Below are positions 34,632-43,742 of a stretch of DNA of 55,500 nt, piece by piece. The notes below the pieces were generated by a model. That model was given only the letters and a program-made list of their open reading frames with translations, had not been told where the DNA came from and ran no database searches. The stretch lies in contig CAZSBL010000004.1 of NCBI GenBank assembly GCA_964605205.1, forward strand, positions 1 through 55,500, in the 5' to 3' direction. The DNA comes from an uncultured Gemmatimonadaceae bacterium (GTDB taxonomy: Bacteria; Gemmatimonadota; Gemmatimonadetes; Longimicrobiales; RSA9). Each line of letters starts with the position of its first letter. The first letter of the stretch is position 1. The position numbers were made by a program, and so were the translations under genes.

Positions 34632-35603
34632 GTGATCTATCCACCCGTACTGCGTCCCGGCGACTCGGTGGCGCTGGTCGCGCCCGCCGGCCCCGTGGAC
34701 GAGGCCACCATCGAGCGGGCCACCCGCCGCTGCCGGCAGCTGGGCCTCGAGCCCGTCCCCGGCCAGTCGATCCGCGCCCGGAAGGGCTACCTGGCCGGTA
34801 CCGACGCGGAGCGCGCGGCGGACCTCGGCCGGGCGCTCACCGGCCCGGCGGCCGCCGTCTGGGCGCTCCGGGGCGGGTACGGCAACCTGCGCACCCTCGA
34901 CCGGGTCGACCTCTCGCCGCTCCGGGAGCGGCCGAAGCCGTTCATCGGGTTCAGCGACAACACCGTGGTCCACCTGGCGCTCTACCGCGAAGGGGTCGTC
35001 TCCTTCCACGGGCCCCACGCCGGCCACTCCTACTTCCCGCCCACTACCGAGGCGGTCTTCAGGGCCGTGGTGATGGGCACAGAGCCCGCCGGCGTCCTCG
35101 AGCTCCCACCCGGCGAGGAGCCGGTCCCGGTGGTCGGCGGCGCAGCGGAGGGCCCGCTGGTGGGCGGCAACCTGTCGCTCCTGGCCGCCACCTGCGGCAC
35201 CCGCTACCAGCCCGACACCCGGGGCGCCATCCTCTTCATCGAGGATGTGGCCGAGCCTCTCTACCGGATCGACCGGATGCTCAGCCAGCTCCGCCTGGCC
35301 GGCCTCTTCGACGACGTGGCGGGCGTGGCGTTCGGTGCGTTCAGCCACCTGTCCGGGTTGGAGCGGGACGCGGTCGAGCCGGTCCAGCCCGAGCCCGCCG
35401 ACGGCGCGGGCGAGCGGGCCGCCGCCACGGCGTCGCTGTCCAATCTCTTCGGCGAGCTCCTCGAGCCCCTGGGCGTGCCCGTGGCACTCGGCTTGCCCTT
35501 CGGTCACGGACGGGAGAACTGGACGCTGCCGCTCGGCGTCCCGGCCCGCCTCGACGCGGACGCCGGCACGCTCGAGCTGCTGGAAGCGGCCACCGACGGT
35601 TGA
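34632..35603 (+). CDS. ldcA: LD-carboxypeptidase (peptidase S66)
   Basis: RGGYG, FIGFSDNT, GGNLS, LFIEDV, FGHG. Confidence 0.93.
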   Translation: MIYPPVLRPGDSVALVAPAGPVDEATIERATRRCRQLGLEPVPGQSIRARKGYLAGTDAERAADLGRALTGPAAAVWALRGGYGNLRTLDRVDLSPLRERPKPFIGFSDNTVVHLALYREGVVSFHGPHAGHSYFPPTTEAVFRAVVMGTEPAGVLELPPGEEPVPVVGGAAEGPLVGGNLSLLAATCGTRYQPDTRGAILFIEDVAEPLYRIDRMLSQLRLAGLFDDVAGVAFGAFSHLSGLERDAVEPVQPEPADGAGERAAATASLSNLFGELLEPLGVPVALGLPFGHGRENWTLPLGVPARLDADAGTLELLEAATDG

Positions 35604-35629
35604 GACCGGGATCGAGGACGGGATACGGG

Positions 35630-36169
35630 ATGAAGATCTACACGCGCACCGGGGACGAGGGCGAGACGGGGCTGTTCGGCGGCGGGCGGGTGCCGAAGGA
35701 CCACCCGCGGGTGGCCGCCTATGGCACCCTCGACGAGCTGAACGCGCTGATCGGCTGGGTGCTGACCCGCCTGGAAGACGCCGAGGTGGCCGACCGGCTG
35801 ACCAGCATCCAGCGTGACCTGTTCGCCATTGGCTCCCACCTGGCCACGCCCGCCGACGCCCGGTCCCGCAAGCACCTGCCGCCGCTGCCCGGGGAGCGGG
35901 TGGCCGAGTTCGAGGGCTGGATCGACGACGCCGACCAGGAGCTCGAGCCCCTCGAGGCGTTCATCCTCCCCGGCGGCGGCGAGGCCGGCGCGGCGCTGCA
36001 CCTGGCCCGCACCGTCTGCCGCCGGACCGAGCGGGCCGTGGTGGCCCTCGGCGACGACGTCGAGCCCGGGATCACCGTCTACCTCAACCGCCTCTCCGAC
36101 CTCCTCTTCGTCTGGGCCCGGCTCGTGAACCACCGGGCCGGCGAGACCGAGACGCCCTGGCAGAAGTGA
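35630..36169 (+). CDS. pduO: Cob(I)alamin adenosyltransferase, PduO type
   Basis: MKIYTRTGD.G.T, YGTLDELNA, FILPGG, RTVCRRTER, YLNRLSD. Confidence 0.95.
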   Translation: MKIYTRTGDEGETGLFGGGRVPKDHPRVAAYGTLDELNALIGWVLTRLEDAEVADRLTSIQRDLFAIGSHLATPADARSRKHLPPLPGERVAEFEGWIDDADQELEPLEAFILPGGGEAGAALHLARTVCRRTERAVVALGDDVEPGITVYLNRLSDLLFVWARLVNHRAGETETPWQK

Positions 36170-36843
36170 CGGACCCGGACCCGCCGGACGGGCCGGCGGG
36201 CGAGCGGCCCGATGCGCCCGAGGCACCGGTCTCAGACCCGGGCGCCGGCGAGGTCCGCTGGGGCCGGGAGGAGGCGCACCGGGCCGAGGCCATGAGCCGT
36301 CGCCTGGCCCGCACCGCCCATCGCCTCGGGATCGACACCCGGGGTCGGGCGCTCATCCTCGACGCCTTCCGGCTGGCCATGGGCCCCCGGCTCCACCGGA
36401 TCGAGGAAGACCACCTCCCGGACTACCTGCACCCGGCCCGCACGGCCCTCATCCTCATGGACGACACCCGGGAGGCCGATCCCGTCACCCTGGCCGCCGC
36501 CCTCTTCGTGGAGACCCGGGACCCCACGCTCCTGCCTCCGCCTGACGCCATGCGACGGGTCAGCCCCGACGCCGCCGAGCTGGCCGCCCTCGTCCCCGTC
36601 CCCGCCCGCACCGAGCGGCTGCTGGAGACGCTGCTGGCGCTCCCCGCCGCGGCGATGCGGATCGCCGCGGCCGAGCGCCTCGATCAGGCCCGACACCTCC
36701 ACCTGCGCCCCGAGAACGAGTGGGCCGGGACCCACGCGTCCACCCGCGATGCCTACGTCGCCGTCACCCGCCGCGTCGACACCACCCTGGCCGCCCGCCT
36801 CGACTGGTGGTGCGACATGTTCGCCCGCCGGTTCCTGGAATAG
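36166..36843 (+). CDS. HD-domain-like protein (RelA/SpoT hydrolase-like fold, degenerate)
   Basis: DYLHPARTALIL, DPVTLAAALFVET and AERLDQARH follow the HD_4 layout but lack the HD dyad. Confidence 0.6.
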   Translation: MTDPDPPDGPAGERPDAPEAPVSDPGAGEVRWGREEAHRAEAMSRRLARTAHRLGIDTRGRALILDAFRLAMGPRLHRIEEDHLPDYLHPARTALILMDDTREADPVTLAAALFVETRDPTLLPPPDAMRRVSPDAAELAALVPVPARTERLLETLLALPAAAMRIAAAERLDQARHLHLRPENEWAGTHASTRDAYVAVTRRVDTTLAARLDWWCDMFARRFLE

Positions 36844-36922
36844 CGACCTCGGGGGCTTGCACTGGCCCGCCGCCTCTTACACTATTCGGCGCCCGTAACG
36901 GACGAAGCTCGGAGGAAGCCGA

Positions 36923-37159
36923 ATGCCATACATCATCACGGAACCGTGCATCGGGACCAAGGACGCCAGCTGCGTCGAAGTCTGCCCCGTGGACTGCATC
37001 TACGAGGGCGAGGATCAGTTCTATATCCATCCGGACGAGTGCATCGACTGCGGCGCGTGTGAGCCCGAGTGCCCGGTGACGGCCATCTTCCCCGATACGG
37101 ACGTCCCCCCGGAGTGGACCGATTACATTGAGAAGAACGCGAACTACGACTACCCGTAG
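36923..37159 (+). CDS. fdxA: Dicluster (7Fe-type) ferredoxin
   Basis: [17 protein letters not shown] and [12 protein letters not shown]. Confidence 0.95.
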   Translation: MPYIITEPCIGTKDASCVEVCPVDCIYEGEDQFYIHPDECIDCGACEPECPVTAIFPDTDVPPEWTDYIEKNANYDYP

Positions 37160-37613
37160 TCGACGACGGGCTCTCCCCCTCTTCCTCGTGCTGGCCGCCG
37201 CCTGCGGCCCGCGGCCCGGCCTCCCGCCCGACCCCAGCGCCGTCGAACAGGAGATTACCGCCATGCTCGCTGCCTCGGCCGAGGCGTGGACCCGCGGTGA
37301 TCTCGACGGCTTCCTCGTGGACTACGCGCCCGACGCAACCTTCGTCGGCTCCTCGGGGCTGATCCGGGGGCTCGACACCATCCGCCAGGCGTACATCGAC
37401 GGGTACTGGAGCACCGGGATGCCCGAGAACGGGCTCCGCTACGAGATGATGGAGGTCCGACCGGAAGGGGCCACCACGGCGCTGGCCGTGGGCCGGTTCA
37501 TCCTCTACCACCGGGAGACCGGGGAGACCGCCGCTACCGGCGTCTTCTCCCTCACGCTCCGGATGACCGACGACGGGTGGAAGATCGTCCACGACCACTC
37601 TTCGGCCGGGTAG
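37128..37613 (+). CDS. NTF2/SnoaL-like (DUF4440) lipoprotein
   Basis: Lipobox LAAAC-G; [18 protein letters not shown]. The TTG start overlaps fdxA and is uncertain. Confidence 0.8.
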   Translation: MRRTRTTTTRSRRRALPLFLVLAAACGPRPGLPPDPSAVEQEITAMLAASAEAWTRGDLDGFLVDYAPDATFVGSSGLIRGLDTIRQAYIDGYWSTGMPENGLRYEMMEVRPEGATTALAVGRFILYHRETGETAATGVFSLTLRMTDDGWKIVHDHSSAG

Positions 37614-37714
37614 ATTCCACGGCGGCAGAAGCCGGTGGACGGACGGATGACACGCTGAACCCGCGGACCGCGCGCCGGGTAGGCTGCCCACGGCGCGGCG
37701 CCGTCAGCGGTCGG

Positions 37715-37867
37715 TCAGATGCCGGCCTGGCGCAGCGCTTCCAGCTGCACGGCGTCCTCGACGCCGGTGTCGGTGTCGAGGTCTGGTGTGGCCGGCGCCG
37801 TCTGACGGCTCCGGTTGAATAGCACACCGGCCACCACGGCGGCCACGGCCAGCAGACTGACGCTCAA
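37715..37867 (-). CDS. Small single-TM protein (about 50 aa), missed by the ORF track
   Basis: LSVSLLAVAAVVAGVLF-NRSRQ..VQLEALRQAGI*; GGAGG upstream; start TTG 37867 or ATT 37876. Confidence 0.6.
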   Translation of the reverse strand: MSVSLLAVAAVVAGVLFNRSRQTAPATPDLDTDTGVEDAVQLEALRQAGI

Positions 37868-37948
37868 CGTGCGAATCGTGCCTCCCGGGAAGAGAGCAAC
37901 TCCGTAACGGGGTCAACCAAACCATAAGAAGACCGGTGGGGTTACGCC

Positions 37949-39169
37949 ATGGGGGACAGTGTAAAGAACGGGCAAAAAGCCATCGAATCCGGCGATGCAC
38001 TGGCGCTGGCCCGGGCGCTGGTGGCCACGCCATCGGTGAATCCGGCCCTCGACCCCGATGGCGCCGGTGAGGCGGCCATCGCCGAGCTCACCGCCGGCTG
38101 GCTCCGGGCCTGGGGCTTCGAGGTGGAGCTCGCGGATGCGGCGCCGGGGCGGCCGAACGTGCTGGCGCGGCTGGAGCGCGGGCCGGGAAGGTCGCTGATC
38201 CTGAACGGCCACCTCGACACCGTGGGGGTGGAGGGGATGGTCGACCCCTTCGACCCGGCGGTCCGCGACGGCCGGCTGCACGGCCGCGGCTCGGCGGACA
38301 TGAAGGGTGGGGTGGCGGCGCTGCTGGCCGCCGCCCGGGACGCCGCCCGGGGCGCCCGGGACGCCGCCCGGGGCGCCCGGGACGCCGCCGGGGACCCCGA
38401 AGCCCTGGCGGGTACGCTGATCGTGGCCCTGACCGCGGATGAGGAGGAGGCCGGTCGCGGCGCCCGTGCGCTGGTGGAGCGCGGCCTCACGGCTGACGGC
38501 GCCGTGGTCTGCGAGCCCACGTCGCTGGACATCATGCCGGCCCACAAGGGCTTCACCTGGATCGAGCTGGTGTTCCGGGGCCGGGCCGCCCACGGATCCC
38601 GGCCCGACCGGGGCGTGGACGCTATCCGCCACGCCGGTCTCTTCCTGGCCCGGCTCGGCGAGTTCGAGGCGAGGCTGGTGGAGCGGGAGCCCCACCCGCT
38701 CCTGGGCGCCGGCTCCGTCCACGCCGGCACCATCCGGGGCGGGACCGCCCCGTCGGTCTACCCCGACGCGTGCACGCTCACGCTGGAGCGGCGGACGCTC
38801 CCGGGTGAGGGGCCCGACGCGTTCCGCACGGAGGTGGAGTTCGTCCTCGGTCAGCTCCGGTCCGAGGTGCCGGCGCTGGATGTCTCCCTCGAGGTCACGC
38901 TGCACCGGAACGGCGCCGGGATCCCCGGTGACCACGCCCTGGTCGATGCCGTAGCCGACGCCGCCCGCGCCGCCGGGCTCGACCCGGCGGTGCGCGGGAT
39001 GACCGCGTGGGTGGAGGCCGCCACCTTCGTGGAGGCCGGGGTCCCGGCCCTCTGCTTCGGGCCCGGCAGCATCGAGGCCGCCCACGCCGTCGACGAGTCG
39101 GCGCCGGTATCCGAGATCGACGCGGCCCACCGCACGCTCACCACGCTGGTGCGGAGCTTCCTGTCATGA
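37949..39169 (+). CDS. ArgE/DapE family M20 deacylase
   Basis: LNGHLDTV, GRGSADMKGG, ADEEE, CEPT, GPG..AH..DE. Confidence 0.92.
   Translation: MGDSVKNGQKAIESGDALALARALVATPSVNPALDPDGAGEAAIAELTAGWLRAWGFEVELADAAPGRPNVLARLERGPGRSLILNGHLDTVGVEGMVDPFDPAVRDGRLHGRGSADMKGGVAALLAAARDAARGARDAARGARDAAGDPEALAGTLIVALTADEEEAGRGARALVERGLTADGAVVCEPTSLDIMPAHKGFTWIELVFRGRAAHGSRPDRGVDAIRHAGLFLARLGEFEARLVEREPHPLLGAGSVHAGTIRGGTAPSVYPDACTLTLERRTLPGEGPDAFRTEVEFVLGQLRSEVPALDVSLEVTLHRNGAGIPGDHALVDAVADAARAAGLDPAVRGMTAWVEAATFVEAGVPALCFGPGSIEAAHAVDESAPVSEIDAAHRTLTTLVRSFLS
38333..38389 (+). repeat. In-frame 21-bp tandem repeat, about 2.7 copies
   Basis: GCCCGGGACGCCGCCCGGGGC units encode ARDAARG repeats. Confidence 0.9.
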
Positions 39170-39230
39170 ACGGTGCGGCGGTCTCCTGCCCGTTCGCGGC
39201 GTCCGCGCCCGGCGCTGGCCGGAGGGCACG

Positions 39231-40217
39231 GTGACCGGGCTCGGCGGTACCGACCGCGCCATCGAGGCGGCGCTGGCGTGGCTGAAGAGCCGGGAGGCGC
39301 CGGAGTCGGCCATCGCCGCCCACGAGCATGGCCGGGCGGAGGACCCGGAGGCCGCCCGCCGCTGGGTCCGCTGGATCGTGGACCGGGAGCGGAACGGGAG
39401 CTGGGACGACGACGTGGCGGCCACGGTCCGGTCGCTCTTCGTGCTCCGGGAGCTGCGGCAGGCGGCGTCGCTCCGGGAGCTCGATCCGGCCGTGGGCCGC
39501 GCTCTGGACTGGCTCCGCCACCGACGGGGCGCCCCCGGGGCATGGACCGACGGCTGCGCGCCGGCCCGCCACGCCCGGGGGCTCTGCCACCACTTCGCCG
39601 GCGGGTTCTACAGCGCGGCGCCGCCCGACGCGATCCTGAAGGACGTGGACCTCCCGGACGGCGCTCGCACGGCCGGGGAGGCGGAGGCCCGGTTCGGTCT
39701 CTCGGCCGAGGCGCTCCGGTGCACGCTCCTCTGGCGCGATGGCGGCACCGACGCGCGGCTCCACCTCGAGGCGCTCCGCCGGGCGGCGGCGATGTGGACC
39801 GGCGAGTCCGGAACGCCGTCCGACGGTCGCAGGGGACGGGCCGGAGGGGCCGGGCCCGTCGGCCCGCCGGCGGGGCTTACCACCACAGCGCTCCTGGCGG
39901 CCACCCACGCGCTCCTGGCGTCGAGGGAGGCGGCGGACCGGGAGGCGGCGGAGCGGGCGCTCGCCTGGGTCGCGGGGCGGCAGCGGGGCGACGGCAGCTG
40001 GCTCGACGCCGACCCGTTCCACGCGCTGGCGGTGTTCGACGCGGCCCGGGCGGTGGGGGTGGGCGGGGAGCGGGTGGCCACCGCGCTGGGCCACGGGGCC
40101 CGGCTCCTGGTGGCCACCCAGTGGGACGACGGCTCTTGGGGCCCGGAGCACGGGCCCCGACGCGCCCTTATCGCCCTGAGAACGCTGCGAGCGGGTCCGC
40201 CGAGCTCGGCGGGATAG
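39231..40217 (+). CDS. Hypothetical alpha/alpha-barrel protein with prenyltransferase/terpene-cyclase QW-like repeats
   Basis: RERNGSW, RQRGDGSW, TQWDDGSW. Confidence 0.65.
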   Translation: MTGLGGTDRAIEAALAWLKSREAPESAIAAHEHGRAEDPEAARRWVRWIVDRERNGSWDDDVAATVRSLFVLRELRQAASLRELDPAVGRALDWLRHRRGAPGAWTDGCAPARHARGLCHHFAGGFYSAAPPDAILKDVDLPDGARTAGEAEARFGLSAEALRCTLLWRDGGTDARLHLEALRRAAAMWTGESGTPSDGRRGRAGGAGPVGPPAGLTTTALLAATHALLASREAADREAAERALAWVAGRQRGDGSWLDADPFHALAVFDAARAVGVGGERVATALGHGARLLVATQWDDGSWGPEHGPRRALIALRTLRAGPPSSAG

Positions 40218-42585
40218 CCAGCTGGTTCCGGCCCAGGTACTCCGGGTCGATCCCGCCCCAGCACGCCAGCGCGCTGCCGTCGGTGGCGCACGTCTCGCTC
40301 CCGCCGCCGGCCAGCGCGTCGGGCGTGAAGCCCAGCGCCGGGACCGCGATCGGGGTCCGGGTCACCCGGGGCAGCGCCTGCCCGAGCTGGAGCTGGTCGT
40401 TGCCGCCCCAGCAGAAGACCTCGCCCGTATCGGCCAGGGCGCAGCCGTGGACCCAGCCGAGGGCCACGTCGGTCACGGTGACCGATGTCGGGAACGGCAC
40501 CGTGGCGGGCGTTGTCACTTCGAAGCCCGGGTCGCCGGTGCCCACCTGCCCGGCGGAGTTGTACCCCCAGCACTCGATCCCACCGGCGCCGGTGATCCCG
40601 CAGCTGTGGGCCGCGCCCACGGCGAGCCCGGTGTACGTCTGGCCGCCGGAAACCTGGACCGGCGAGCGGGCCTCGGCCAGCGCGCCGTCGCCGATCTGGC
40701 CCTCCTCGCCCCGGCCCCAGCACCAGATGGTGCCATCGGTGGCCAGGCCGCAGGTATGGATCCAGCCGGCGGCGAGCTCGGTGAAGGTGTGCCCGCCGGC
40801 CACGGCCACCGGCGAGGCCGACGCCGTGGCGGCGCTCCCGCTCCCCAGCTGGCCGAAGAAGTTCGAGCCCCAGCAGTAGGCGGCGCCGGTGTCATCGAGG
40901 GCGCAGCTGTGCCCGCCGCCGGCCGCCACCGACGTGAGGGTGCCGGCCACGGCCCCATCGCTCACGGGCGTCGGCTGGAGGCGGTCGGTGGCGGTGCCGT
41001 CGCCGAGCTGGCCGAAGCGGTTGTCGCCCCAGCAGAAGGCTCGGGCGCCGCCCACCGTGTCCATCAGCGCACAGCTGTGCAGCCCCCCGGCGCTGACCTG
41101 CGTGTGGGTGTCGCCGGTGGTCTGGAACGGGTTGAACGCCAGCGCCGTGGTGTCACGGTCGATCCGGGTCCCGTCGCCGAGCTGGCCGAGCTGCCCCACG
41201 CCCCGGCAGTAGACCCGGCTCTGGTTCCCGTCGATCCAGCAGGTGTGGCCGTCGCCCACGGTCACGCTCCCGGGCCCACCGACGTCGGTGCCGTTGCGGA
41301 CCTCGACCGTGGCGGCGAACGTCTCGCCCTCCACCTCGCCGGTGACCCGGGCCGCCGCGAGTGCGCTCGCCGCGCCCTGGCCCGTGGCCAGCCCGGTGGC
41401 GTCCACGCTCGCGATCCCGTCATCCGACGACGTCCAGAGCGGCGCCGGCGCGTTCTCCACCGGGTAGCCGTTGGCGTCGAGGGGCACGATGGCCAGCTGC
41501 ACGCTCCCGCCCACGCCCACCACCGCGTGGGCCGGGCTCGGCGCCGCGGCGGTGGTGACCTGGTCGACCACCACGAGCACGCTGTCGCTGAACGGACCCA
41601 GCTCGGCCACCACCCAGCTCTCGCCGTTGGCCCGGGAGATCATGCTCCCCTGGATCCCGACGTCCCGGGTGGGCGTGTGCTCGAGCACCACGCCGTTCCG
41701 GACCGTCCAGTCCAGCTCCACGTTCCGGACCGTGTCACCCGTAGCGCCCAGCGGCACGCCCCGGATGAGGTACTGCCACCCGAACGCCGGGATGGTGTCC
41801 GGCGACCGGGCGAAGGTCATGGTGTCTGGCACCACCGGCAGCGCCACCGTGTCGGCCAGCGTGCGGAACGCCACGCGCCCCACGATCCGGACCGTCCGGG
41901 AGCCATCGTGCTTGACCCGGACCAGCCCGGTCGAGTCGACGGTGGCGGCCAGGGTGTCGACGGAGCTCCAGACCATGAGCGGGTCCGGCACATCGGATCC
42001 GTCGTCGGCGAGGCCGACCGCCGTGAGCTGGAGCTGTGCACCGGCGGTGAACGATCCTGACGCGCCCTCGATCTCGACGCTCTCCAGCGTCGCCTCGGGC
42101 CCGGTGTACTCGAGCACCGGCTGCGATGGCGCGGGGTTCGTCTCGTTGGAGGACAGCGCCAGCTGCTGCCGGGCCTGGAAAAGGACGGTGTTCCCCTCCC
42201 GCCCCTGGAGATCGAAGTCGAACGACTCCTCGCCCGTGACCTCGAGGGCCACCTCCACCCGCAGCGTGTCCTGGTCCAGCGGCCACTCCACCACCTGGTC
42301 CACCACCGTGTCGCCGGCCTCGTCCACGATCACGACCCGGATGTTGTCCACCCGCAGCGCCGGATCGTCGCCGTCCAGCGCCGTCTCGTCGTGCTGCGCG
42401 AACCGGGGCTGCATCACGAGGTGGACGGTGCCCCGGTCGGGGCCGAACGCGTCGTCGCACGCGGCGGCCAGTACGAATACGGCCAGGAGGCCCAGCAGTG
42501 CGGGAAGGAAGCCCCGTCGCGTTCCGCGCCCGGATCGCTCGCGCCCGGATTCGTCGGGTCGCATGGATCGATTCAGTTCAGCCAC
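40168..42585 (-). CDS. Lipoprotein with Ig-like (Big_2) domains and RCC1/BLIP-II repeat propeller
   Basis: Lipobox LAAAC-DD; WSSVDTLAATVDSTGLV and WTSSDDGIASVDATGL; repeated xGxxHxC..CWG.N..GQLG. Confidence 0.88.
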   Translation of the reverse strand: MAELNRSMRPDESGRERSGRGTRRGFLPALLGLLAVFVLAAACDDAFGPDRGTVHLVMQPRFAQHDETALDGDDPALRVDNIRVVIVDEAGDTVVDQVVEWPLDQDTLRVEVALEVTGEESFDFDLQGREGNTVLFQARQQLALSSNETNPAPSQPVLEYTGPEATLESVEIEGASGSFTAGAQLQLTAVGLADDGSDVPDPLMVWSSVDTLAATVDSTGLVRVKHDGSRTVRIVGRVAFRTLADTVALPVVPDTMTFARSPDTIPAFGWQYLIRGVPLGATGDTVRNVELDWTVRNGVVLEHTPTRDVGIQGSMISRANGESWVVAELGPFSDSVLVVVDQVTTAAAPSPAHAVVGVGGSVQLAIVPLDANGYPVENAPAPLWTSSDDGIASVDATGLATGQGAASALAAARVTGEVEGETFAATVEVRNGTDVGGPGSVTVGDGHTCWIDGNQSRVYCRGVGQLGQLGDGTRIDRDTTALAFNPFQTTGDTHTQVSAGGLHSCALMDTVGGARAFCWGDNRFGQLGDGTATDRLQPTPVSDGAVAGTLTSVAAGGGHSCALDDTGAAYCWGSNFFGQLGSGSAATASASPVAVAGGHTFTELAAGWIHTCGLATDGTIWCWGRGEEGQIGDGALAEARSPVQVSGGQTYTGLAVGAAHSCGITGAGGIECWGYNSAGQVGTGDPGFEVTTPATVPFPTSVTVTDVALGWVHGCALADTGEVFCWGGNDQLQLGQALPRVTRTPIAVPALGFTPDALAGGGSETCATDGSALACWGGIDPEYLGRNQLAIPPSSADPLAAFSGR

Positions 42586-43742
42586 AGCACACCTCCACGC
42601 AGCACGAGTCCGAACACGCTCTCGCCCTCCAGGTCACCGATCTGGACCAGCGCCGCCGGCTCGAGGCGGAGCGGGCCGAACCGCCAGGTGACGGCGGAGC
42701 CCAGCCGGGTGATCCAGCCGCTGCCGGCGCCGAAGCCCGGCTCACCACTCTGCACCATCACTTCCGCCCGGGGGCGGAGCGTGAGCGCCGGTGAGAGCGG
42801 GTACGCCACCGACGCGCCGGCGCCCAGCAGGTTGCTGGCCGGCGTGGCCTGGGGCGCCGTGCCGATCAGCAGCTCGCTCTCCGTTCGGTAGAGGTTCCAC
42901 GCATACACGCTGGCCGCGCCCGTCAGGAACGGGAACTCGGCCACCGCCTCGCCCATGAGCCGGTCGCCCCGGGCGAAGACCGCGTCATCGTCCGTCTCGT
43001 CCTCGCCGAACCGGCTCCAGGAGCCCGCCAGCCGGACCGTCACGCCCGACGTGCTCGGCCGCTCGAGCCCGACCCGGAGCCGGAGCTCGGAGCCCGGCCG
43101 GAACTCAGACGCCTCCGTACCCGCGCTGGCGATGACCGGCTCGTACGCCGAGCCGACCCGGTAGACCGCGATCCCGCCGACCACCCAGTCACCCATGGGC
43201 TGGGCGATGGCCAGTCCCGTGGTCACGCCGGCACCGCTGCCGAAGCTGCGGACGGGGAGCGTGAGCAGATCCGTGGTGATGACGCCGGCCACCGGGATCT
43301 CGTCGGTGCCCAGCGCCGACGTGCCCGTGGGCACGTTCCCCGCCACGATGATCCGGCCCCGACCCTCCATCATGGGGATCATGGCCCGGAGCGTGATGTC
43401 GGTGAGCCCCGACAGCTCGCTGGTCACGCCGCCCGCCTCGTACCTCGCGCTGGCGTACGCCGCGTTGGCATCCAGCTGCATGCCGGCGAGCCGGAAGCTG
43501 AGCCCGAACGGGACCACCAGCTCCGTCAGCGACGCGTCACCGATGGACAGCGAGTACACCCCCGTCTCGGCCACCGCCGCCTGGGCCCGGGCACCGTCCG
43601 GCGCACCGAAGAAGACCAGCACGGCGAGGGCCGCGGCGAGTCCGCGCGCCGCCGCGCGCTCGAAGGCCGACCGAGGTCCGGAAGCTGCTCCGAGCCCGGG
43701 GGCCGCCGCGACGGCCGGAGCCGCCCGTCGTCGCCGGCTCAC
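42573..43742 (-). CDS. Outer membrane beta-barrel-like hypothetical protein
   Basis: Long leader ending ARAQ; alternating amphipathic strands; aromatic C-terminus. Confidence 0.65.
   Translation of the reverse strand: MSRRRRAAPAVAAAPGLGAASGPRSAFERAAARGLAAALAVLVFFGAPDGARAQAAVAETGVYSLSIGDASLTELVVPFGLSFRLAGMQLDANAAYASARYEAGGVTSELSGLTDITLRAMIPMMEGRGRIIVAGNVPTGTSALGTDEIPVAGVITTDLLTLPVRSFGSGAGVTTGLAIAQPMGDWVVGGIAVYRVGSAYEPVIASAGTEASEFRPGSELRLRVGLERPSTSGVTVRLAGSWSRFGEDETDDDAVFARGDRLMGEAVAEFPFLTGAASVYAWNLYRTESELLIGTAPQATPASNLLGAGASVAYPLSPALTLRPRAEVMVQSGEPGFGAGSGWITRLGSAVTWRFGPLRLEPAALVQIGDLEGESVFGLVLRGGVLWLN

Noticed and set aside
32409-35507. 1032-aa minus-strand ORF, and similar long ORFs (11681-13147, 13944-15797, 19038-21023, 27725-30001, 44998-46848)
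   Set aside because: Antisense or off-frame shadows of motif-supported genes; stop codons are scarce at this GC and the translations have no recognisable motifs.
36857-36883. Sigma70 promoter for fdxA (TTGCAC...TACACT)
   Set aside because: The spacer is only 15 bp, too weak to call without TSS data.
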